A stretch of 64,000 nucleotides of DNA, taken from Phoronis australis. Its lineage: Eukaryota > Animalia > Phoronida. A program made the position numbers and the translations under genes. Numbering within the stretch: position 1 is the stretch's first letter; each line of letters begins with the position of its first letter. The stretch spans positions 372,001 to 436,000 of the forward strand of contig NMRA01000238.1 of the NCBI GenBank assembly GCA_002633005.1. The letters run 5' to 3'. Of this stretch, positions 11,386 to 23,377 are shown piece after piece. The notes beneath the pieces were generated by a model. That model made no database searches. It was not told where the DNA came from and saw nothing but the letters and a program-made list of their open reading frames with translations.

Positions 11386-13745
11386 AAATAGACTTGATGA
11401 AACTTGTTATTGGAGGAGACTGATGTGTTCACTTCATCGGAAATGTCATGACTAGATAAAGCACACGTTATGTCAACATTCATTTGCATATGCACGCACT
11501 TGCGCACTTGAAATCCTTGGTGTGCATACCGAAACCGGCGTCTTTGTGCAAACTGAACACAGTTTGTGACAACTTTGTGTGTGTCGCATTTTCTGTCAAA
11601 TTTGCATTGTTCAACAAACACCACATTCTCTGAGCAAACTGGACAAGTCTACTTCCATTTTATGTCATCATTCAAGAAGTTAGTACGACTATAAGAGTAG
11701 GCTTCTTTTCGAAAATGTGATTCGCTGTGTCCGCCTTGCATGGGGTTCCCGAATGCGACTGCGCGTTGCAAAATACAGCAACGAAAATGTAGAAATGAAA
11801 ATTAAGACCTCTTGTAGGTAAGAATTGACCAAATATTTAGCGGCAACCATTTGCGTCAAAGACAACTAAAATTACGTGGCGACCCGCGATTTCAGGTATG
11901 CTTACGTACTAAAAACACATAATCGGATACCTGTGTAACACTTAAACATACCTTGGTCTACTTACATGCGTTAGACACGAGGCGTAGGCCTACTGAAGTA
12001 ATCTGGCGAGAACATGAATCATAGAACTTGAAGAGGTTATAAAACCTCCATAAAAATGGACTTAATAATTAAGCCACGTACGTGCAAGGCTTAGAAATTT
12101 GGGTGTGGTCGTCATAATTTGGGAATCAATGTGGCTTACTATATTCTTATAGGTGACGTGCACTTGTTGAGGTCTGCTGGTTATGGAGAAGGTGCGAATA
12201 AATTGACACAGTCCCGAGGATTCAAGTGTACCTTTGTGACTGCGACAATTTATCAACAATTCTCGAGACGTCTTCACGTAATATGCGGTCACTGAGGAAA
12301 CCTTTAGTTACTTTGGTAACAACAGAAAAACGACAGGTGGTCTCTCTACTTTCTCATCCCTTCAGATTGTAATCTTTTCACACTTAAAGGAATGTTGAAA
12401 CTAAATAGATTGACAAAAATAATGCTTCTTTGGCTGACGAAGACCTGTTTATTTCATTTGAAATATCTCAGAGGAGTTCGAGTTAAAATAATGACACCAA
12501 AATGTAGACTTTGAAGAATTAGTTTGTCATGTGCTGAATTTCATTCGCGCCCTGCTTGGTCAACAAAGTGAAATAGCGACAACTTAGCTGGATAACACAT
12601 ATGAATGAAATAAAACATCACGAATGATGGGCAAAGAGAGATATTACGTGCAGGGAAACATTGGTTAGCCTTAATTTATGGAAATTTAAACGCACATTAC
12701 GAAACCAGAAAATACAAAGGTATCTGGAACACGAATCACGACTCTCGTAACACGAGTCATAACTCTACTAAAACAGACATCACTAGTAAGGGAGTTACGA
12801 TTAGATGTGCGTGGCTTCAGATATATTATAACGACAATAAGAATGACATGTAATGCTTGTTAATTCAGCTTAAAGTGGTTTTAACAAATTTTGTAAACAA
12901 ATATCTGCCTGAATAAAACATTTAGTCGCTGAGGTAGTAGTAAGATTTATTTATACTGAATTAAAACCCTGCTGAGCGAATCATTGCACTGATCATTAGA
13001 CTCCAGAGAAGTACATGGACACTTAATAGAAATTTATACAGACATTAATACTAAATTAATAATAAGAAATTTAAGAAAAGTTTAAAGCAATTAAACATGA
13101 AAAAGTAAAGAATGGCGACAATACCTTGCTCACATTTATATCATGAAACACGTCTTGGTCAGGTTTAACGGGTTTTACAAACTTGAGGTAAGATCATTCA
13201 CTGTCACTTACCAGGTCTGTAGTACTGAAAGCAGCGTTTTTTTAAGTTTTAACTTCACCCAAATTAATATCATTCTTGAGAAAAGAGCTGATAGATCTGC
13301 TAGATTTGGTTTGTAAAAGGAGTAAATGAAACAGACAGACAGGGGCTAATTTGTTGGCACATAAGTTCATATATATGAAAGTCTCTTCTGTCTTCTAGTC
13401 TAGGATTTTTCTTTAATTAAGTTAGGCTGTCTAGATCTATTTCGTGACGGTTGATGCTGTATATATGGAGCAGACCTCATCACAAGAGTAGAACTAGAGC
13501 CGCGGTAAATCCTGTCTACACTCCGAATCGTAGCTTTCCTGTGGGGAGTGAAGCTAAAAATTAATTAGCTTTATGCCGCTATAAACCGACAAGTTCTATT
13601 CAAAAGGCAAAGCATTGATTTATGTCACTTGCTGTAAAATTGGTCTACCTAGGACTATAATGTACTCCCAGGTCTCATCTTGTTTCTTAATAAGTCGAGA
13701 AGTTATTTCTTGGTTTACAAAGAACTGACAGTTCGTCATGAGACC

Positions 13746-13843
13746 CAGCCTCGTCCCCAAGATAGCGCTGATCGGTTTAGCCATCAAATGACTCTCGCTG
13801 GCTAAACCGATCAGCGCCATCTTGAGGCTTGAGGACGAAGCTG
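13746..13843. repeat. Near-perfect hairpin / small palindromic MITE
   Basis: 26-bp arms caagatagcgctgatcggtttagcca and tggctaaaccgatcagcgccatcttg (1 mismatch), 15-nt loop, outer arms cagcctcgtcc and ggacgaagctg. Confidence 0.8.
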
Positions 13844-16800
13844 TCACGAGCGCCGCGAGGCCACTCAAAGAGCCTTTTCTCAAGCACTTAACCAACCGTA
13901 CTGAAATCAGTCACCTTCAATTTGACCGATGAACAATTTGTGACCTATTTCATAGGTCTAGATCAAAATCTGGCATCATTTAAGTTCAGATCCAATATCC
14001 AAGCTAGAACTTCGAATCTCCGGTTCAAAACAGGGCTCCTGAGCCATGGCCCCACAAAATAGTGTTTTGTTTGAACAATTTGAAACTACTGTAATTGAAT
14101 AGGGCTGAATTGTGGTTCATATTGGGGGGAAGGTAAAAATGGTGCTGACTGAGGGTGCAAAGATCTTGGCATCATACCATCGGGAGAGTTGAAGTCCTGT
14201 ACTGTCAAAGCCTTCCAGTTTCAGTTGACAGTGGCCACCAATACCAAGCTTCAGGTGTCCCTGAGATTGATTGTGTGACAAAATCAGAGTTAAATGCCAC
14301 GGAATAAACCTTATAAATTATTCAACTCTATGTCCTAGATCACCTGATCCCCTAGCCTGTTTGTCTAATATGAGCTCCAGCGGGACTAGACCCCGACTGC
14401 CGGCTCGCTGACAGGACATTGTCGGGATACTAAAGGAAAAGCCTACCTTGACCGGTAACACATGTGAATTAGTTGCAACAGTATATGTTTTGATCATCAA
14501 TCTGAGCACACCATTGCCATCAGTTCTCAACTGACGAACATTTAGGCTAATTGACTTAAATTTATCTACGTCATCGTGAGAGTCCTTAAATATTGTCTAT
14601 TCAATATGTAATTACTTCTCTCCTTCGTTCGTTCTTCTGAATTCATCTCACTGACGTACGTACCGCGGCTCGAAAAGGCTATTTGACGATTCATTTGACT
14701 ATTCAATGTTTGAGTGATTAACTCATGTTTCCTTATGTTGCTTGAGTATTGCGGGAACTGTGTAGTCAAATACATCTAAAATAAAAATCCGTTCGCGAAA
14801 AATCTAATAGATGACACAACACTTTTTGATGGTCAGGATGAAGTAGTGTAAACCAAACGTGACCACGAACTCATCAAAATGTGTACACATGATTGTAAAC
14901 ACTCATACACATCTGTCGAATGGGTGATTTATGGTACTGAGTTTACTGATAATAGAAATACTCCATGTACCGAACGCGCCGAATATGCTTTTCCCGATTT
15001 TCAAATTGTCTCGCTTGTTTTCAATAGGCACGGTTTCAATTTTTTTTTAAATTCCCATTGCTAAATTTCCTAAACTCCTGCGATAATTTTCAGTGGCAAA
15101 GATTTGGCCGCGAAATTTTAATAGCGTGAAAACATGAAACAAATCAACAAATCAAATACCTTATCTCTCATTCGTCACGGGTTCCTTCAAAAATGGATTT
15201 TCGAACTATCGGACGTGGTCAATATTTTACAAAATCTTCAATTTTCAATGTTTTCATGTAAGAAATCGCAGAAATCATACAAAACAAATGATGACGACTT
15301 TTTCAATTGTTCCTATCGTAAATATAAAACTTGAGCTAACTTTGAAGAGTACTTATCAGTAGAGGGTAGGAATCATAATAGTTGCTTATCGAAATATAAA
15401 TAAATGAGTGGGTTTATAACGTAACATAAAATGCGTTAAGTGATATTGTGTAAACTCTGTGCATTTGGAATAATAGTTAACCTTACTTACAAAAAACAGG
15501 GCGTTATTTTTTCGTGGACAGTGACTTTGAACTGCGTCAAGGCACAATTCTTAATTCAAATAACAATTCGACCTAATCTACATTATTTGAAATCTTAGAT
15601 ATTTCCAAAAAATTCTAGTCTGACAATTGTCTTTTTTTAACCGTTCTACGTACTGAGAGGATATGTTCTTTATCGCTGACGTCACTCCTCCCAACACAAC
15701 CCAACTCTAGTTTGAGAGTGGACGCTGATGAGAGGATACGAAAAGGTAAATTTTCTCCCTGCTCAATAGTCTTGGATAGCGCCTTTACAGACAGACTCTG
15801 CGATCCTATTAATGACTTGAAATAACAATTTCTTCATTCTCTTGACATTTCCGTTCACGTTATATAACATTGTCCGTGTTTGCGTCTCATCAAGATTAAT
15901 CCTATAATTTTCAAAGCTCTTACCTCCTCTTGGTACGCGGAAACAGTAACGTGGCAGGCCTATTCAGTCGAGTAAACAATGGTCCCAGTAGTTTCCCTCT
16001 GTGTTATCCTTGAAATTGTTTTACACTGTCAAGCCCTACTGGATTTACTTTTCCTAATTACCTGCCTTTTATTGTCACCATTTGTTTCTGTGTGGGATAT
16101 ACCGTCCGTACACAATGACGTCATACCCCCGTGGCGAAATATATTCAAATCTTATCAGGATTCTGAAGCGCTCGATACTCAGTATTTTCTCTATTAAACC
16201 ATTTGCGCGTTAGTAGCTATTTTGTAACATTAAATCTTGATCAATAAATCGCCTACGACATCGGTGACGTCATTGCAACGTCAGATTATAACTTCTTGTC
16301 TGAGGTTACACGCATAAGCAAGTCTGTCGGGTACGGGGTCTACCGGTTGACTAGTAAAGGATTCAAGAAATATTATCACACCTCTAGACTTGGCATTTCG
16401 TCTTCAAGCGCTTCGAGGAGGTTGACTTTTTATGCAAACTGGTAACTTCACTGAAGCGTCTCAGTTACACAGAAAGGTCACAAAGTGACTCAGTTAACAA
16501 TAAGTGTAATTTTTATTGATTCCTTTTCATTCACTCCACTTAAATTTCCATTCAAAATTAGTCGTAAACAGCTTACGTGACTTCGCAGCAGCTGTTGAAA
16601 GAAAATAAAGGATATTTGACAAAGGTATGTTTGACATGACCATTAAATCGATATCATTTTGTGTATCAGTCGAAATGAACCTTTAAATAGACTGAAGGAA
16701 GTTTCAGAAAAATAACGCGATTCGTTTGTTAGGTATTTTGGTACATGATTAAAATTAAAAACACTTAAAAACACGCTTTATCTCTGGTCAACACTTTTAT

Positions 16801-18577
16801 TAGTTTTGGCGTGGGAGTTTACCAACTCTAAAACATCTACAGTGAGGGTCAGAAGGCATCTACTGGTTCTCTGTTTCTTTCTAAGCATATTCCTGTCTGG
16901 TAAAAACGACCTGTTTGAAAGTGCTGTCGATGTTCGTCTTTGATCTTAAGTATAATGTAAAATTATTAGCTATAATAAAGGACCAAAACATTACTGGTTC
17001 GACACATGCAAGGAATTTCACGTGTAGCGTGGATTTTGGTATGATCTGGTAAACAAAGTTTGTAAATCAAGCTTCTTGGTACCTTTCAAAATACGGTATT
17101 GTCTGTATGGAATGTGTCACGGCTAATTATATGCATCTAGAAGGCACAGTGTTTCTTGATTAAAAGACATTTTTCCAAGCTTAAAAATACTTCGGAAGCT
17201 GAAATTCCGTTCGCATATTTTTCATAAAATTCTTTAAATTAAAACAATATTGTAGTTACATTTCGCCCTGTTGAGTTGGTTAAAAAGCGAAAATCGAATT
17301 AAGCTTTTTACTTTCATAAATTCGGCCTAATATTCCTTACCGTTACTAAAAACACTTCAGAGTTTATTGGGGTTGGCCAACACTAGAAGTGAGGATTGGC
17401 AAATGGCGCCTGTAGTTGAGTTGCCGGTTCATTCGGCAATAATTCAAGATGGGATGGGCGTGGTAATCTTTTTCAACCCCTAATGCGTTTGGGTTTAGGA
17501 TTGAACATTGACGAAAAACAGAGACCAAATGCAGATTAAAATCGACTCTTTTCAAACATTTAAGACATTTTATGATACAGGTTTTTACGACGCTGATCTT
17601 TACGTTTTCACCTAATTGGGACTGGGGTGAGATGGAACCCCCCCCCCCTCCCCACTTCGCTAAAAAGGTCCAGTCTTAGCCGGTACGGAAAGGATTTAGT
17701 TGAAAAGAATCAAACACATTTCTACAAAAATGCGTTTTTATTCTTTCAAATTTAGCATAAGTAACCTCACTACAGCCCCTGTAGACAAATACATAGCCCT
17801 TAAAGCCGTAGGCATACAGAGCCTATAGTACATCCCCATAAAAAGTGACTCATTTCAAATTACAGCAAATAAAATCGAATGAAACATGCATATAGGCACA
17901 TGGAGATATAATTAATGCATACCACGACTCTGGGTAAAATCTAGTCAACAATCTTGAACATATCCATGAAAATCTGTCGCGGTTCGCTTGAGTTAACGCG
18001 GTGAAAAAGTTAACGGTGACCAAAAAGTGTAGTCGGAACGCTTCGCCAACTAAGTTCTCGTAGCTATTCTTCATCGGAGACGTGCAGAAGGAGAAAGGAT
18101 GACTAAGAAATTCTAAAAGCGCTTTTTTAGTAAGTGACAGTTAAGTGTAGAATGTATTATTGACGAGGTGAAAACTCTTAATCGGTGAGCGGATTTCGCC
18201 TATCGCCCGTTTAAAATACACGGGACGAAATTAGTACAGAATGGATGGGAAGTATTTTAGCCTGTAACCAGCCAACCCAAGGGCTACGTGTTGCCTATAG
18301 CCCCTGTTGCTCAAAATCAGACATCCGGTCGCGTCCTCTTGCAGAAAACCCCGAAGTGGGCAGTATACTGTAACAAGTAGGCCTAGGTCTATCAACAAAT
18401 CTTTGGTCGTTGACAAATACCCTCTCACGTTGAAAGTAGACCAGTGTCATTGGTGCACGACGTCGCAGACTACATACGAACAATAGAGGTCCAACACCAG
18501 AAATCCGCAATAAGCCAATGACTCAGCCTTTCCGCAGGTACAGGAAAACAGGCACGTTCCCATGGCGATAACTAAAG

Positions 18578-19070
18578 CGCCCATTTTATTGCGGCCGCGG
18601 CCAGTGCATTACATTGATAGGTCCCGAAAGTTTGGCAGAAGATAACGTCAATCCAGGAAATATTCTTGTCGTTTTTAAACTGTTGAAACATTTTAAGTAT
18701 CAGAAAGTAAAGAATACCATGTATTCTTTGCCTTTAATACAACATGAAATTATCGAATTCATTAGATGAACACTGTAACGGAAATAATATGCACCGAAGT
18801 ATTATTCCGTCTTTGCTGACGAGGATACGGACAACAATGAATAATTCATGTCCTTGCCCAAACGATTAGTAGATGCCGATTGCAGCATTCCTGAGGAGTT
18901 GCTTGAAATTAGGTTTTGTAGTCTTGCGCGGATAACAGGCAATCACGTACGTAGATGAATGCGTTGTGCGCACCTTGAATCAGCTCGGTATCGACTGCCA
19001 GCTGCGATGGGAAAGAATGGCGTGCCAAGCGAGTGGAGACAACGTTGGGTGCAAGTAATCCAAAGCGAAT
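18578..19070 (+). pseudogene. Degraded hAT-family transposase fragment (ZMYM1/P52rIPK-like)
   Basis: Frameshifted motifs in the expected order: YCGRGQCITLIG (cf. CGRQ.IALRGH), NPGNILVVFKLL, IQHEIIEFI, KYYSVFADEDTD (cf. YFSILADETTD), IPEELLE. Confidence 0.55.
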
Positions 19071-19145
19071 GCTATCTTTTAGTCTCAAACGCACATTTTT
19101 GCGGACATTGACAACACCCAGTGATAGCCTGTTGACGATCAATAA

Positions 19146-19236
19146 TGAAAATGAGAAACAATACTGAAAATGAGAAACAATACTGAAAATGAGAAACAAT
19201 ACTGAAAATGAGAAACAATACTGAAAATGAGAAACA
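19146..19236. repeat. 19-bp tandem repeat (TGAAAATGAGAAACAATAC) x4.8
   Basis: Perfect tandem units with no spacers. Confidence 0.95.
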
Positions 19237-20662
19237 CTTTGCCGACAAATTAAACTCTGTTGTTTACTTTTTATTGAATATGCAGTCCAAAGAGAGAACA
19301 ATTCCCAATTGAATTTCAGGAAAACAATTATCCCGAATCTGTATAAAAAATCCTTACTGGTGCGTCCCGTAGTGGATTGGCGGCAAGGCGCGATGTTTAC
19401 ACATTCACTGGTGCGAGTAGTCCGTGAGAGGAATCTTGTCATATTGGCGCTAATACATGTCCACAAAAAAAAGCTAGTTAGTGACAACGTTTTGAGAAGA
19501 TAAATCGCAGGAAGATAAAATTTGGAAGCGTATCGCGCAATGTTGTTATGAAAATGAAAGTAATTACAACATCTATATTGAGTTAACTCTACTTGATGCC
19601 TTTGAATTTCTTGACAATAATATATCGAAAACTTATTGCGCCGCTAACTGTCTAGCTCTCTAGGGGCACTCCTGAAAAAAGTACAAGGTCGACGTCAATT
19701 TTTTGCGAAATGGCCAAAAGGTCAAACTGCTTTAGAAATCAGAACCACCCCTTACGTAATCCTGGCATGAAAGAATGAGGTTCATCGAGCGATAACCTAA
19801 AATAGCAGTATTTTGTAAATTTTAAGGAACTGTGTTGTTGCGTTTTGTTATAAGTTATTGGATTCTTTGGCAATAAACTCTGCCAGACAAACATTCACCT
19901 TGAACTTATATTTTAAATTCTGTTCATTTTATAAATAATGTCCAAAATGATATGAGTTGACGGAAGCTGAAAGAGTATGCCTATCTTTGAGAAAGATCAG
20001 CTGCAAGATAATTGAAATGAACAACACCTATTTTGTAGCAGTACGGCAGTAGCGTAGAGTCTTACTTACATTATACATTATGCCCTGGTTCTGCGTCAGA
20101 AATTGACTGTGGGTTTGTTTTAAAGGTAGCTGTGCTTTGAGATTGTGCGTAGATGAAGAGACAATAATCAAATCCAGAAATTATTTTTATATGATAACCA
20201 CTAATTGAAACAAGATAAACTTGTTTTTAATTAAGTACGGTAAACTAACAATGAAGAAGTGTAACCACGCTAGCGCCCATTATAAGGAATACTTCAATCA
20301 ATTAACTATAAATAATCAAACGTTTTATCTGCTATCCAAGCTGTAGGACTCTCCACTTGTTGGATGACAGTCCTGTTTGACCCCATAGTTTAAAAGTGCA
20401 TGTGCACAAATTTTGGGCAACTTAAACGGAACTATTTTGCTGGCATGCTGTAAGTCTGTTCACAAGGCAGAGCGCGCTGCGAAGGAACGTAGTGTCTTTG
20501 CTGATGCTCATCTTGTTTATCTCATCTGTTAAGGTGCGGTGAGTCTTCACTTATTCCAAAGAAACGCAATTGTCAAAATGGTCACGTTCTATTTTTCAAA
20601 GACTGATTATTTTACTGCAAATAATGGAAAAGTTGCGAAAAGTTGTTGTGTGACATTTACAC

Positions 20663-20914
20663 AGTACAAACCATGCTATAATAGACTTAAAAATTAATTT
20701 TCATTGTTGAGAAGAAATGTATTGCAAAATAAAATTTTACTTGTCGGTCATATTGTGCACTAAATAAGTGAACTACATTACCCGAGTAGAGCACAACCCG
20801 TGTAGGTTTGCACTCGATTGCGTATTCTGGGGCACGTTTAAAGAGCCAGCATTGACTGTTATGGTCTAGTAGCTTTGAAGAGGCGGCGCTCTCAGAGTAT
20901 TCATGGCAGTCGGA
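20663..20914. repeat. ~250-bp direct repeat, copy A (left of LINE)
   Basis: Aligns to 23131-23377 (ttacttgtcggtcatatt, aagtgaactac, agccagcatt, ggcgctctcagagta). Confidence 0.75.
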
Positions 20915-20924
20915 ATAATTACAC

Positions 20925-22109
20925 TTCGACCCTCTTTCTCGTTGTTTATTTATTTATTTTATGTGCCGAAGTTATGGCTATGATATTCCGGCAAAATGAT
21001 AATATGAAAGGATTGAATGTTGGTCAGCTAGAAGTGAAAATTATTCAATATGCAAACAACACAGTTATTTATCTGGATGGCTCCAATGAATCGTTGAGAA
21101 AATTTTTCGGTTTTTTAGACCACTTTCTTAAATACTCGGGGTTAAAAAAGAATCTATACAAACCCCATTGTATCTAGATCGGATACATGAGGCTCGACAA
21201 CAGACGTTGATGTGACGACAAAAAAACGTTCTTGGTGCACGGATTCGATAACTATTCTTGGCATTAAGTTCCATATCAGTTTATGAAATATGATTCATTT
21301 AAACTACAATAAAAAATCAGGAAGATTCGTAATGTTTAAACAACTTGATCTAAGAGGTCTCTAACCAATTTAGGACGTATTACTGTACTTAAGTCATTGG
21401 TACTTTCAAGATGTGTTCATATTCACTCTGCTCTCCCTTCACCGCCGGATGAAATCATTGACCTACTAGAGAGATTATTTTAAAACTTTATTTGGAACAA
21501 TAAAGCTGACAAAATCAAAAGGGTAAATTTTATTCAAGATTTTTCAATTGGCGGTTGTCGTATGGTCCATTTGAGATCCTTTATCAAATCTTTTAAAATA
21601 ACTTGGTTTAAAACATTATTATCAACTGATGACATTGCCTGAAATGCTTTTCTGACCACAAATGACATACTTTGAAGAAATTGTTTTAATTTTGATGAAT
21701 CATTTTACTGAACTTTATCCTACCAAACAAAAAAATTGTTTTGGCAAGAAGTGGATTTTACGGCCACTGAAATTTTATCCGGTACTTTTGAGATTACTAT
21801 AGATTTGATTCATTATGAATCTCTTTGGTTTAATCCAAAAGTATTAATAGATAAAAACAATATTTTATAAACAATGATACAGAAAGAGCATAACGATCTC
21901 TTAATTCCAATGGTGAGCTTATGAAATATGAGCAGTTTTGCTTATTTTATTGTTTTTCTCCTCCGTTCACTGTTTTCCTCGGTGTGCGTAATGTTGTCCG
22001 GAATCTATTGAGCAGTCATTCCTGTTTCGATGCATTTTAAATTATTCTTCCTCAGTGTTCTGATTTTGCTTTGATTATTGTTAATTTTAATAATGTAAGC
22101 AAAACTGTN

Positions 22110-22154
<45 letters not shown>

Positions 22155-22552
22155 CGTTGAAAAGTAAGCTGTTCTTTGCTTTAATTAGTTTGTACAACAA
22201 ACTTTCGTAGTGTCTACACAAGTGTCTTTCATCAGATGGTTGTTGATATAATAGATCGCCCAGTGTAAGTGGCATCACAAACACATATATATGAGTAAAT
22301 ATATAATAAAACTCTGTACAAAACATATCATAATAAAACAGTAGCGGTACTTCGACTATACATCAGTCATCCAAGGCAAATAAATTTAAAAAATCATCAA
22401 CGCTATCGTGTATGATACATGAAACAAGAACAACTACCATCTGATGAAAGACACTTGTGTAGACACTACGAAAGTTTGTTGTACAAACTAATTAAAGCAA
22501 AGAACAGCTTACTTTTCAACGCAACATGTATAAAAGAAGGTCTGCTACCCAA

Positions 22553-22629
<77 letters not shown>

Positions 22630-23100
22630 CACTAATATTTTTGTGTAATTTTTGTAATAGCGAGTCTAAGATCTTGTTCACTTGTATTGGTCTTCTACAA
22701 TGGTTCATATTTTGGTGGCTGTAAGCAATTGGTCTTATCGAAAACAGGTGAATTTCTTGAAATGGGCTCATGAGGTATTGTTTGGCAGGCATATGCTGGT
22801 CATGCTATTAACTTAGTCATAAGTTTGGTCAAATATCATATTTATAAAAAGGGATTGAACTCTAGTGTTCCGTGTTTGCAGGTACTTAAAAACAAACTCT
22901 CGAGATATCACGAGCTTGAAAAACTAATTTTCTGTAATTGTGAATATGAATTGTTCCGCGTTGAAAGTTGGGCCCCTATGATTCGTCTATTTGTTTAATT
23001 TTCGTCATATTCTGATCCTGGTTGTGTTTGTGATGTATGAATAGTGCCTTTGTTTATGTTTGTACTACTTTTTGCACTGTGAAATATGCTGTTCAATAAG
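20925..23100 (+). mobile_element. 5'-truncated, decayed L1/Tx1-clade LINE ORF2 (RT C-half to 3' end)
   Basis: LFILCAEVMAMIFRQNDNMKGL..KIIQYANNTVIYLDGS..YSGLKKN (YADD decayed to YANN); KRSLTNLGRITVLKSL..NFIWNNKADKIKR..GGCRM; CNFC zinc-knuckle remnant; many stops and frameshifts. Confidence 0.85.
22110..22626. mobile_element. Penelope-like element remnant (inverted partial pseudo-LTRs) bounded by (TA)n/(CA)n, nested in the LINE
   Basis: ~97-bp inverted arms 22149-22245 and 22431-22527 (1 mismatch); together they encode MPLTLGDLLYQQPSDERHLCRHYESLLYKLIKAKNSLLFNATCIKEGLLPKYT, resembling Penelope-like ORF N-termini; microsatellites on both sides. Confidence 0.65.
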
Positions 23101-23130
23101 TACTGTGGTCTAATATAATTTCAAAAAGCT

Positions 23131-23377
23131 AGTAAAAAACTATGACACCTTAATTTACATTTTTGTGAAGAAGGTTAGCAAAGTAAAATGTTACTTGTCG
23201 GTCATATTGGCACTAAATCTAAGTGAACTACGTCACCTGGAGTAGAGTACAACCCGCGTAGGATTGCACTGCAATTGTGTATTTTGGAACAAAAGCCAGC
23301 ATTCACTATCACGGTCTAGTACGACACCGTTGAAGTGACGGCGCTCTCAGAGTAGGCCTACTCAAGGCAGTGGGGAA
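23131..23377. repeat. ~250-bp direct repeat, copy A' (right of LINE)
   Basis: Aligns to 20663-20914. Confidence 0.75.

Noticed and set aside
11376-11624. Cys-containing 82-aa minus-strand ORF and other short intergenic ORFs (e.g. 18909-19487, 57285-57749)
   Set aside because: No recognisable motifs or splice structure; several are driven by repeats or low complexity.
19146-19236. CRISPR-like appearance of short repeats (also 35272-35477, 50528-50667, 61436-61662)
   Set aside because: Head-to-tail units with no unique spacers, no cas genes, eukaryotic context; these are minisatellites.
22441-22473. CTGATGA...GAAA as a hammerhead ribozyme core
   Set aside because: No convincing stem II closing onto GAAA, and it lies in the coding SDERHLCRHYES segment; probably coincidental.
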